NCBI GenBank assembly: GCA_942492995.1 | Contig: OW818653.1 | Span: 1,890,001 to 1,922,000 of the forward strand | Reading direction: 5' to 3' | Length of the DNA stretch: 32,000 nucleotides | Source of the DNA: an uncultured Erysipelotrichaceae bacterium | GTDB taxonomy: Bacteria > Bacillota_I > Bacilli_A > Erysipelotrichales > Erysipelotrichaceae | Shown: positions 8,310-17,171 of the stretch, piece by piece | Layout: each line of letters opens with the position of its first letter | Position numbering within the stretch: position 1 is the first letter of the stretch | Program-made: the position numbers and the translations under genes | Notes under the pieces: generated by a model | Database searches by the model: none | Seen by the model: only the letters and a program-made list of their open reading frames with translations | What the model was told of the DNA's origin: nothing

Positions 8310-10439
8310 ATGATTAATCAACAGTTAACGTTTCTAAGTCCACGCTTAATTCAGTGTTTGATTGTGTTATGCAACACAGATGGTTTCATGACGGTCAATT
8401 CGCTCGCTGAAAAAGTGAAAACGAGTAAACGAACTCTATTTAGAGAATTAAAAGATATTAATACAATTTTAAAACCATATCCTGTGACAGTTATTACACG
8501 GCCCAAATATGGCATTAAACTCGAATGTGATCACGATGAGAAATTACATTTCAAGAGTTTATTATTGCAGATTAGTGCGAACCAAAATAACTTAAGTAAA
8601 GAGGATCGTCAAACGGTCTTATTGGCTGAAATACTGAAGAATAAATCACTTCAAAAATTAGTTGTTTATGCGAATGAATTCGATGTGTCTGAAGCGACAA
8701 TAAGTAATGATATTGATGGATTAGAACCGATTTTGAATGGCTATGGTTTAAATCTTGTGCGTAAGCCTGGAAGTAACTTATGTATCGAAGGTTCTGAGGA
8801 AGCGATACGTAAAGCGATTCGTGATTTTGTGTATCAACATATGGAAGAGGAGAAGTTGGTTCGTTTATTGAATCAACAGATGCCTTGGGACATCGAGAAT
8901 TATTTTAAAAATCAAGGCCCAGATAGTATTCTCAATGTCCTCAATAAGGAAATTCTATGGCAAGTTATTGCCATATTAAAAGAAAATGATTCGACGTGGA
9001 TTCATCGTTTAGCTCAGAACTCGTATATTGGATTGATTCTACATTTAACCATTGCGATTGAACGTATGGTTAAACAAGATCCAATCACGATTGATCCTCA
9101 ACTTTTGGAACAACTTAAAAAAGATCAAATGTTTGAGAAGGCGAAAGAACTATCCGAATACTTTGAAGATGAGTTTAATTTAGTCTTTCCGACAGAAGAA
9201 ATTGCGTATATATCGATGCATCTAAAAGGTGCACGATTGTTGCATATTGATGTGATTGATCCAATTGAAGAAGAAGGTGCGATACAAACCGTTGAACTTC
9301 AACGCTTAGTAAATCAACTTGTCGATCAATTTGAACGTGTAAGTCATATTAAGGTTAAGAATGATGAAATATTGATTCATGGATTAATGACGCATTTAAG
9401 GCCTGCATTAACACGATTGCACTATAACCTAGAGATTCGTAATCCATTGTTAAATCAAATAAAAACACAGTATGCGTCAGTCTATAACCAATGTTTCGAA
9501 TCGTGTAAGAACACTGAAGATAAACGTATACGTGGATTAAATGAGAATGAAATTGGATTTATTGCGATGCACTTCGGGGCAGCTCTAGAACGTGTTAAAC
9601 AAAACGAACCGAACAGATCGGTTAAACTCGCTGTTTTATGTGCTAGTGGAATAGGAATTTCATCCTTGCTCGCATCACGTATAAAGCGTAGTTTAAAGAA
9701 CAGTATCGTGGTTATACCTCGTTCACATCTTGATTTAGAACAAATTAAACTAGAAAATTTTGATTTAATTGTTAGTACGATGGAAATCGAAGATATCGGA
9801 ATACCGTATGTAATTGTTAATCCATTATTAAGTGATAACGATTTAGAACGTATTCATCAACAGGTTAATGCGATCGCATCAACGCCTGAATTAAATGAGG
9901 CAACGCATGAAATCAATTTCTATCAAAGCTTACATACAAGCGCAATCTTAAGCGAATCAATTCTAAATCTAATCGATCAAATCGAAGTAGTTCAATTATC
10001 GAGTGATATTACACGTAAAGGAATTATTGAAAAAGTATCCTATTACTTAGGTCATGATGCGATTAGTCGTAAACAAATCCAAAAAGATATCTTGTCACGT
10101 GAAGCGATGGGTTCTGTAGTAATGGATGATGAGAACTTTGCGTTATATCATGCACAGACAACGGCAGTAAGATTACCAAGAATGTTAGTGTTTAGACCTA
10201 ATAAAGAAGTGTTTAATGCCTATGAATCTAAATCAGTCCATTTGATTGTAGCGTTACTGATACCTGAAAATTCGATTAGAGAACTTAATTATTGGATGAG
10301 TCACTTAAGTTCTGCCCTTATAGAAGACGATGCATATCGCTTAGCTGTCTTTAGTGAAGATAAGACAGTAATTCAAAGGGAAGTTCTACGAATACTGAAA
10401 GGGCCAATCAAAGATTGGTACAGGAAGGTGGGTGGATGA
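8310..10439 (+). CDS. mtlR: Mannitol operon transcriptional activator, PRD-containing (HTH-PRD1-PRD2-EIIB(Gat)-like-EIIA(Mtl)-like)
   Basis: It has an N-terminal HTH and two PRD regions with conserved histidines (ISMHLKGA, IAMHFGAA). An EIIB-like cysteine loop (VLCASGIGISSLLASR) and a C-terminal EIIA-like domain follow. It lies inside the mtl locus. Confidence 0.9.
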   Translation: MINQQLTFLSPRLIQCLIVLCNTDGFMTVNSLAEKVKTSKRTLFRELKDINTILKPYPVTVITRPKYGIKLECDHDEKLHFKSLLLQISANQNNLSKEDRQTVLLAEILKNKSLQKLVVYANEFDVSEATISNDIDGLEPILNGYGLNLVRKPGSNLCIEGSEEAIRKAIRDFVYQHMEEEKLVRLLNQQMPWDIENYFKNQGPDSILNVLNKEILWQVIAILKENDSTWIHRLAQNSYIGLILHLTIAIERMVKQDPITIDPQLLEQLKKDQMFEKAKELSEYFEDEFNLVFPTEEIAYISMHLKGARLLHIDVIDPIEEEGAIQTVELQRLVNQLVDQFERVSHIKVKNDEILIHGLMTHLRPALTRLHYNLEIRNPLLNQIKTQYASVYNQCFESCKNTEDKRIRGLNENEIGFIAMHFGAALERVKQNEPNRSVKLAVLCASGIGISSLLASRIKRSLKNSIVVIPRSHLDLEQIKLENFDLIVSTMEIEDIGIPYVIVNPLLSDNDLERIHQQVNAIASTPELNEATHEINFYQSLHTSAILSESILNLIDQIEVVQLSSDITRKGIIEKVSYYLGHDAISRKQIQKDILSREAMGSVVMDDENFALYHAQTTAVRLPRMLVFRPNKEVFNAYESKSVHLIVALLIPENSIRELNYWMSHLSSALIEDDAYRLAVFSEDKTVIQREVLRILKGPIKDWYRKVGG

Positions 10440-11146
10440 TTAAGATTTATGTGGTTTGTGATGCTGGGATGGGATCAAGTGCGTTAGGAGCTAGTTTACT
10501 TAGAAAAGAATTCAAAGAATCAAAGCTTCAAGTCAGTATACAAAATGTTCCAATTGATATGGATATGCATGACGCAGATGTCATAGTCACTCATAAACAT
10601 TTTGAAATGAATTTAAAGAAACACTATCCAAATAAGAAAATAGTTGGATTAGAAGATTTCTTAAACAAAAATAACTTAAAAAAGGTGGTACATATGATGG
10701 AAACGATTGAAAACGCAGTATTAGTAAAAGAGAATATCCGAGTAAATTTAAAAACAGTCTCAAGTGATGAAGCGATTATCGCGTCAGGTAAGAGATTAGT
10801 TGAAAGTGGATATGTCGAAGAAAGATACATAGAGGGAATGTTGGAACGTGATCATAGTTTATCTGTGTTCATGGGAAACAAAATCGCATTGCCACACGGA
10901 GAATATGACTATAAGAAGAATATTCTAAAGAGTGGAATCGTTGTCGATATCTATCCTGAAGGCATTGATTGGCATGGCGAAAATGTTAATCTTGTCGTAG
11001 GTTTAGCAGGTATCGGTGAAGATCATATGCATATCCTTTCAAATATCGCGACGGTATTCGGAGAAATCGAAGAAGTTGATAAAGTTATTGCACATCAAGA
11101 TGTGGAAGAAATCTATCGCTTATTGACACAAGAGGTACAAGAATGA
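10436..11146 (+). CDS. mtlF: PTS mannitol EIIB-EIIA fusion protein
   Basis: The N-terminus carries a second EIIB cysteine loop ([16 protein letters not shown]). The C-terminus is an EIIA(Mtl) domain with the phospho-histidine motif (KIALPHGE) and LVVGLAG. A GGAAGGTGGG SD lies before ATG 10436. The track start at 10415 is an upstream extension. Confidence 0.85.
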   Translation: MIKIYVVCDAGMGSSALGASLLRKEFKESKLQVSIQNVPIDMDMHDADVIVTHKHFEMNLKKHYPNKKIVGLEDFLNKNNLKKVVHMMETIENAVLVKENIRVNLKTVSSDEAIIASGKRLVESGYVEERYIEGMLERDHSLSVFMGNKIALPHGEYDYKKNILKSGIVVDIYPEGIDWHGENVNLVVGLAGIGEDHMHILSNIATVFGEIEEVDKVIAHQDVEEIYRLLTQEVQE

Positions 11147-12279
11147 AAAATGCGGTTCATTTCGGGGCTGGAAATATAGGTAGAGGTTTTATTGGCCTTC
11201 TTTTGAATCATTCTGATTATTTCGTTAATTTTGTGGATGTGAATGATGTGTTGATTGATGCGTTGAAGAATAGACAATCCTATACCGTTGAACTAATTGA
11301 TGATAACAGTGAGAAAGTTGTCGTAAATAATGTGTCTGGAATTAATAGTAAATATGAACTTGATCTATTAAAGAAAACACTCGTAGAAGCTGATTTAATC
11401 ACCACTGCAGTTGGAGTTACTATTTTACCAATCATTGCGAAATCACTTGTATCTGCAATCGAACAACGTGCAAATGATAAGGTTGAATCATACTTAAACA
11501 TCATCGCATGTGAAAATACCATTGAAGGTTCGACTAAACTAAAGAACGCATTACTTCCACTTTTAAGTGAATATGCGGTTGAATACGTTGAAAAATGGGT
11601 TGGTTTCCCTGATTCTGCTGTTGATCGTATCGTTCCTAATCAAAAGAATGAAGATATTCTTTGGGTTAAAGTTGAACCATTCTATGAATGGGTTATCGAT
11701 CAAACCAAGATTAAAGGTGAATTAAACATTGAAGGTGTCCATTTTACAGATACCTTAGAAGCGTATATCGAACGTAAACTATTTACAGTAAATACAGGTC
11801 ATACAACAGCCGCATATGCAGGATTTATTAAAGGTTATCCTACAATAAAGGATGCGATGCAAGATTCATCAATCGTTACTCTTGTTGAAAAAGTGTTAAG
11901 TGAAACAGGCGCAATGCTTGTGAAGAAACATGGGTTTGATGATACTAAACAAAAAGAATATATTGTGAAGACGATCAAACGATTCAAGAATCCAAGTATT
12001 ATCGATGAAGTTACACGTGTTGGTCGTTCACCATTACGTAAACTACATAAAGGGGATCGTTTTATTAAACCAATGTTAGAATGTGAAATATTAGGATTAA
12101 GTTATGATGGATTAATTCAATCTGTACTTAATGCGTTAAAATTCGATTGTGCAGAGGATGAAGAAAGTGTTAAACTTCAATCCATGTTAAACGAAAAAGG
12201 GTTAGAAACTACAATCATCGAAGTAACTGGGTTAGAAAAAGATCATATCGTTATACAAAACATTATCAAACACGCTTAA
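11143..12279 (+). CDS. mtlD: Mannitol-1-phosphate 5-dehydrogenase
   Basis: It has the N-terminal NAD fold AVHFGAGNIGRGFIG, the motifs DRIVP and TVNTGH, and sits in the mtl locus. The start overlaps the mtlF stop (ATGA). Confidence 0.95.
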   Translation: MKNAVHFGAGNIGRGFIGLLLNHSDYFVNFVDVNDVLIDALKNRQSYTVELIDDNSEKVVVNNVSGINSKYELDLLKKTLVEADLITTAVGVTILPIIAKSLVSAIEQRANDKVESYLNIIACENTIEGSTKLKNALLPLLSEYAVEYVEKWVGFPDSAVDRIVPNQKNEDILWVKVEPFYEWVIDQTKIKGELNIEGVHFTDTLEAYIERKLFTVNTGHTTAAYAGFIKGYPTIKDAMQDSSIVTLVEKVLSETGAMLVKKHGFDDTKQKEYIVKTIKRFKNPSIIDEVTRVGRSPLRKLHKGDRFIKPMLECEILGLSYDGLIQSVLNALKFDCAEDEESVKLQSMLNEKGLETTIIEVTGLEKDHIVIQNIIKHA

Positions 12280-12286
12280 ATAATTG

Positions 12287-12316
12287 GCATCTAGATTCGT
12301 CTAGATGCTTTTTTTT
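12287..12316 (+). terminator. Rho-independent terminator of the mtl locus
   Basis: Perfect 9-bp stem GCATCTAGA / TCTAGATGC with a TTCG loop and a T8 run. Confidence 0.9.
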
Positions 12317-12346
12317 ATGATTTTTAGTAAACGCTTACAAAACTTA

Positions 12347-12375
12347 TTGACAACACATATAAGAATTGATATTGT
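12347..12375 (+). promoter_or_regulatory. Candidate promoter of the 12-gene operon
   Basis: TTGACA (12347-12352), a 17-nt spacer, then TATTGT (12370-12375). Confidence 0.45.
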
Positions 12376-12388
12376 ATGGATATAAAAG

Positions 12389-12417
12389 ATGAATCACCTT
12401 TCATATTAGAGATTCAT
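12389..12417 (+). promoter_or_regulatory. Inverted repeat in the leader (candidate operator or RNA hairpin)
   Basis: ATGAATC (12389-12395) and GATTCAT (12411-12417) are exact reverse complements separated by 15 nt. The repeat lies between the -10 element and the GGGG SD. Confidence 0.3.
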
Positions 12418-12432
12418 TCGGGGTAATAACAC

Positions 12433-13638
12433 ATGAGTAAAGTTTATATCGTTAGTGCTAAACGTTCAGCGACAGGTTCCTTTTTAGGAACTCTTAAGAA
12501 TATGTCGGCGGGTGATTTAGGTGCTGCAGTTTTAAAGTCGATCTTAGAAGAAACAAAAATAGATCCAAGTGATATTGATGAAGTCATTATGGGTAATATC
12601 TTACCAGCAGGTCAGGGTCAAGGTGTTGCACGTCAAGTATCAATCAAAGCAGGTATTCCTGTAAGTGTACCAGCATATAGTTTGAATATGGCATGTGGTT
12701 CAGGGATGAAAGCATTAATGAATGCATATACAAGTATTAAATCGGGTATGCATCATTTAGTTGTGGCTGGTGGTGTTGAAATCATGAGTGGTTCTCCCTA
12801 TTTACTTCCAAAAGAAGTAAGAAGTGGGCATAAAATGGGTAATATTAATATGATCGATCATATGATCTATGACGCATTAACAGATGCGTTTGATGGAACA
12901 CATATGGGAATAACGGCTGAGAATATTGCGGCACGTTATAACATTACACGTTTGGAACAAGAACAATTCGCATATAACTCCCAACAAAAAGCCATTAAAG
13001 CAGTAGATACCGATGTGTTTAAAAATGAAATCGTTCCAATCTTAGTAAAAGTTGGAAGAGATGAAGTGAGTTTCGAAAAAGATGAATACCCAAATCGTAA
13101 AACCGATTTAGATAAATTAGCAAGTTTAAAACCAGCCTTTAAAAAGGATGGAGTAGTTACAGCTGGAACCGCATCAGGATTAAATGATGGGGCTAGCATT
13201 ACACTTATTGCCTCCGAGGAAATGGTTAAGAAATATAACTTGAAACCTCTTGCGGAAGTATTGGCGATTGGGCAAGGTGGTGTAGAACCAAATGTTATGG
13301 GACTCGGCCCAACACCTGCCATTCGCCAAGCTCTAAAACATGGGAATCTTAAGTTAAATGATATTGATGTATTCGAATTAAATGAAGCATTCGCTGCACA
13401 AAGTTTAGGTGTTGTACATGAGTTAAGTGTTGAACACAATGTTTCAAAAGAAGAGATTCTAAATAAGACAAATCCAAATGGTGGGGCAATTGCCTTAGGC
13501 CATCCAGTAGGAGCGAGTGGGAATCGAATCTTGGTTACTTTAGTTCATGAATTGCATGCGTTAGATAAAAATATTGGTTGTGCATCACTCTGCATTGGTG
13601 GAGGCATGGGTACAGCTGTTATCATTAAGAAAGTGTAA
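12433..13638 (+). CDS. Acetyl-CoA C-acetyltransferase (thiolase II)
   Basis: It has the catalytic Cys loop NMACGSGMKA, then NEAFAAQ, NPNGGAIALGHPVGASG and the C-terminal CIGGGMG. Confidence 0.92.
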   Translation: MSKVYIVSAKRSATGSFLGTLKNMSAGDLGAAVLKSILEETKIDPSDIDEVIMGNILPAGQGQGVARQVSIKAGIPVSVPAYSLNMACGSGMKALMNAYTSIKSGMHHLVVAGGVEIMSGSPYLLPKEVRSGHKMGNINMIDHMIYDALTDAFDGTHMGITAENIAARYNITRLEQEQFAYNSQQKAIKAVDTDVFKNEIVPILVKVGRDEVSFEKDEYPNRKTDLDKLASLKPAFKKDGVVTAGTASGLNDGASITLIASEEMVKKYNLKPLAEVLAIGQGGVEPNVMGLGPTPAIRQALKHGNLKLNDIDVFELNEAFAAQSLGVVHELSVEHNVSKEEILNKTNPNGGAIALGHPVGASGNRILVTLVHELHALDKNIGCASLCIGGGMGTAVIIKKV

Positions 13639-13650
13639 AAGGGTAGGACA

Positions 13651-14370
13651 ATGAAATTAGAAGGAAAAGTCGCAGTTATTACAGGTGGTGCAAGAGGTTT
13701 AGGTCAAGCAATGGCTGAAGAGTTTGCGAATGCAGGAGCTAAAGTTATTGCGGCAGACATGGGTGAATTAAGTTACAGTCATCCGAATGTAGAAGGATAT
13801 AAATTAAATGTGACGGATTCAGAAGCGTGTTTGAACTTCTTTAATGAAATCGTTAGTAAATATGGGAAAATTGATATCTTAGTTAATAATGCGGGCATTA
13901 CACGTGACGCATTAACACGTAAGATGACTGAAGAAATGTGGGATTTAGTTATTGATGTAAATCTTAAAGGTGTATTCAATCTTACACGTCATGTTGGTCC
14001 ACATATGCAAAATAATCAATCGGGATCAATTATCAATATCGCATCCATCGTTGGTGTATTTGGTAATATCGGACAAGCGAACTATGCGGCTTCTAAAGCA
14101 GGTGTCATTGGTTTAACTAAGACATGGGCAAAAGAATTCGGTATGAAGGGTGGAAATGTGCGTGTCAATGCGATCGCACCTGGATACGTTATGACAGATA
14201 TCTTAAAGACTGTTCCTCAAGATTTATTGGATAAATTCGCAGCTATGACAATGTTAGGTCGTTTAGGACAACCTGAAGAAATTGCGAAAGTTGCGCTATT
14301 CTTAGCGAGTGAAGACGCATCTTACATTACAGGTCAAGTTATTGAACCAAATGGAGGTATGAGACTCTAA
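13651..14370 (+). CDS. SDR-family 3-ketoacyl reductase (FabG / acetoacetyl-CoA reductase-like)
   Basis: It has TGGARGLG, NNAGI and the catalytic Y-x3-K motif (YAASKAG). Confidence 0.85.
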   Translation: MKLEGKVAVITGGARGLGQAMAEEFANAGAKVIAADMGELSYSHPNVEGYKLNVTDSEACLNFFNEIVSKYGKIDILVNNAGITRDALTRKMTEEMWDLVIDVNLKGVFNLTRHVGPHMQNNQSGSIINIASIVGVFGNIGQANYAASKAGVIGLTKTWAKEFGMKGGNVRVNAIAPGYVMTDILKTVPQDLLDKFAAMTMLGRLGQPEEIAKVALFLASEDASYITGQVIEPNGGMRL

Positions 14371-15263
14371 TGAAACAATACGAAGTTAAGAAATTACATT
14401 TAAGTAATGGTGAGACCATCGCATATCGTGAATGTGGAAAAGGTGATAAAACTTTAATTCTAGTCCATGGAAATATGAGTTCATCTGTTCACTTCCAAAC
14501 AACGATGGAAGCACTTGAAAATGATTATAAAATCTATGCGGTTGATATGCGTGGATTCGGTGATAGTTCATATAAAACAGAATTAAATAGTTTACATGAT
14601 TTCTCGATTGATCTACAACTTTGGATTAAAGCTTTAGATCTAACAAACTTTACCATCTTAGGTTGGTCAACTGGTGGTGGTGTTGTCTTAGAGCTAGCAG
14701 CGGATATGCCGAATCGTGTTAATAAAGTACTATTACTTGATTCTGTTGGAATTAAAGGCTATCCAATGTTTAAGAAGGATGACAAAGGTCAAGCAATCTT
14801 AACTCAACTCATCACGACAAAAGAAGAAATAGCGGCAGATCCTGTACAAGTATTACCGATTGTGACAGCGTATGCGACACGTAATAAAGATTTACTAAAG
14901 ATGATTTGGAATGCGGTTATTTATAATCTTAAACAACCAAATGAAGAAGATTATGACTTATATTTAGACGCAATGTTAAAACAACGTAATTTAATCGATG
15001 TGGATTATAGCTTAGTTCATTTCAATATGACACTTGATCATAATGGCGTTAATTCTGGTAGTGGAAGAATTCAATTGGTTAAAGCACCTGTTGTGATTAT
15101 GCATGGTAAAGCAGACTTTGTCGTACCATTCTCTTACGCAGAAGAAATGAAATCATACTTCAAGGATCAAGTAACTCTCGTTCCATTTGAAAACATTGGA
15201 CATTCATGTGTAACCGATAATTTAGATTTATTTATACAAACAGTGAAAGAACACGTGGCATAG
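14370..15263 (+). CDS. Serine alpha/beta-hydrolase
   Basis: It has the HG oxyanion motif (LILVHGN), the nucleophile elbow GWSTGG, and late Asp/His regions (MHGKADFVVP, IGHSCV). The start overlaps the previous stop (TAATG). Confidence 0.8.
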   Translation: MKQYEVKKLHLSNGETIAYRECGKGDKTLILVHGNMSSSVHFQTTMEALENDYKIYAVDMRGFGDSSYKTELNSLHDFSIDLQLWIKALDLTNFTILGWSTGGGVVLELAADMPNRVNKVLLLDSVGIKGYPMFKKDDKGQAILTQLITTKEEIAADPVQVLPIVTAYATRNKDLLKMIWNAVIYNLKQPNEEDYDLYLDAMLKQRNLIDVDYSLVHFNMTLDHNGVNSGSGRIQLVKAPVVIMHGKADFVVPFSYAEEMKSYFKDQVTLVPFENIGHSCVTDNLDLFIQTVKEHVA

Positions 15264-16292
15264 ATGGAAAAATCGAATATAGGGATACTTGGTATTGGTG
15301 TATATCTACCAAACCAAGTTATGACCGCAAAAGAGATTGCGGAAGCGACGAACGGTGTTTGGAGCGAAGAAGCAGTCCGTGAAAAATTAGGTATTACGCA
15401 AAAAACAATTCCAAGTGTTGAAGATGGCACTCAAGAAATGGGTGCACTCGCAGCGATTGAAGCTGTTAAAGATGCGGGAATTGATCCAAGTGAAATCGAT
15501 GTCATTGTATGTTTCGGTGAAGAATGGAAAGAATATCCACTCACAACTTCCGCATTATACATCCAAGATCGCGTAAAGGCTGTTAACGCATGGGGCATTG
15601 ATGTACAAAATCGTTGTTGCACATCCGTCACAGCACTTAAGATGGCGAAAGATATGATGATTGCGGATGATGAGATTAAGACTGTACTTGTTTGTGGAGG
15701 ATACAGAAATGGTGATTTTGTCGATTATACCGACAAGAATATGTCCATGATGTATAACTTATCCGCTGGGGGTGGAGCGCTTATCTTGCGTAAAGGATTA
15801 AATAAAAATTTACTCTTAGGTTCACATATTATCTCAGATGGATCACTAGCACGAACAGCTGGTGTTGAAATCGGTGGAACGATGAATCCAATGAATAAAG
15901 ATAATGTATCAGAAGGCTATAAATCATTACGTTTAATGGATCCTGAGAAGATGAAGAATCGACTCAATGAAGTATCACAAAATAATTGGTTGAAATGTAT
16001 TGACCGTGCTCTAGAAAAATCTAATCTTACGCGTAGTGATATCGGTTATCTAGATATCTTACATATCAAGAAATCAGCTCATTATGGGATGTTACATGAT
16101 TTAGGTCTACGTGATGATCAAAGTATTTATTTAGAGAATTATGGGCATATGGGTCAAGTAGACCAAATACTATCTTTATCGCTTGCGCTTAAAGAGGGCA
16201 AAGTGAAAGATGGGACAGTTATCTGTATGTTAGCTGCAGGCATTGGGTATGTCTGGGCTGCGAATATCGTGAAATGGGGAGTGGCTCAGTGA
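15264..16292 (+). CDS. KAS-III (FabH)-fold condensing-enzyme family protein, atypical
   Basis: It is collinear with FabH: GIGVYLPNQV at the N-terminus, DVQNRCCTS where DVAAACAGF is, and ILHIKK where VPHQAN is. ENYGHMGQ sits where DRHGNTSAAS is, so the catalytic Asn position appears to be His. The start abuts the previous stop. Confidence 0.75.
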   Translation: MEKSNIGILGIGVYLPNQVMTAKEIAEATNGVWSEEAVREKLGITQKTIPSVEDGTQEMGALAAIEAVKDAGIDPSEIDVIVCFGEEWKEYPLTTSALYIQDRVKAVNAWGIDVQNRCCTSVTALKMAKDMMIADDEIKTVLVCGGYRNGDFVDYTDKNMSMMYNLSAGGGALILRKGLNKNLLLGSHIISDGSLARTAGVEIGGTMNPMNKDNVSEGYKSLRLMDPEKMKNRLNEVSQNNWLKCIDRALEKSNLTRSDIGYLDILHIKKSAHYGMLHDLGLRDDQSIYLENYGHMGQVDQILSLSLALKEGKVKDGTVICMLAAGIGYVWAANIVKWGVAQ

Positions 16293-17164
16293 GTACGTTT
16301 ATCCAAATCTTACTAAGAAGTTTAGAGTCTGGTAGTGTTTATGCACTAGCAGCTTTAGGCATCATTATTATCTATCGTACGTCTAACATCACAAACTTCT
16401 CGCAAGGGGTAGTTGGTATGTTTAATACCTACGTAGTAACCTTCTTATTTATGAAAACGGGGGCTCCTTTGTGGTTGTGTATTTTGGGTGGTGTAGTTAG
16501 TGCGATACTAGTAGGATTAACGATCGACTTTCTGGTTATTCGACATACGAAGAAAGTTGCGCCAGTTGCTAAACAGATCATTACATTAGGATTAATCATG
16601 GTTATTATGGGAATCGCACCACTTTTATTCGGTGTTGATCCATTAAATCTACCAAAGTTAATTGGTGAAGGTAATTTAACTTTAGCCGGTGCGAATATTT
16701 CATACAATGGTTTATTTAATATCATATTTGGTTTAGTTCTTATGTTTGTTTTATTCTATACCTTACAAAAAACTAAAATTGGTCTTGCGGTTCGAACAAC
16801 CGCATCCAATGAATATACCGCTCGTTTAATGGGTGTTCCTACTAAAACCGTTACTTTAGGCGCATGGGCAGTTGCCGGTGTCCTAGGTGTTTTAGCGGGA
16901 GTTATGATAGCGCCTACGACAACAGTTACTTTAAATCTAATGGATGTTGTACAGATTAATGCCTTAGTCGCATGTGTTCTTGGTGGTTTTCAAACCTTCT
17001 ATGGACCGATTATTGGGGCTTATTTAATCGGTGTTAGTCGTAACTTATTAATCTATTATGTATCAAGTGTATGGGGTGGACAAATCCTTTACATCCTAAT
17101 ATTAATTTTCTTAATCTTTAGACCATACGGTTTAATTGGTAAGAAAACAGTGAAGAAAGTGTAG
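16274..17164 (+). CDS. HAAT-family (LivH-type) ABC transporter permease
   Basis: It is a polytopic membrane protein with LivH-like motifs (SGSVYALAALGIIIIYRTSNITNFSQG, GLAVRTTASNEYTARLMGV). An alternative GTG start at 16289 overlaps the upstream stop as GTGA. Confidence 0.88.
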   Translation: MGSGSVSTFIQILLRSLESGSVYALAALGIIIIYRTSNITNFSQGVVGMFNTYVVTFLFMKTGAPLWLCILGGVVSAILVGLTIDFLVIRHTKKVAPVAKQIITLGLIMVIMGIAPLLFGVDPLNLPKLIGEGNLTLAGANISYNGLFNIIFGLVLMFVLFYTLQKTKIGLAVRTTASNEYTARLMGVPTKTVTLGAWAVAGVLGVLAGVMIAPTTTVTLNLMDVVQINALVACVLGGFQTFYGPIIGAYLIGVSRNLLIYYVSSVWGGQILYILILIFLIFRPYGLIGKKTVKKV

Positions 17165-17171
17165 GTGTGAA

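Noticed and set aside
14370-15263. The alpha/beta-hydrolase as a PHA synthase completing a PhaA-PhaB-PhaC set
   Set aside because: The nucleophile elbow is G-W-S-T-G (Ser). PHA synthases use Cys and are larger. No phasin or PhaR is nearby.
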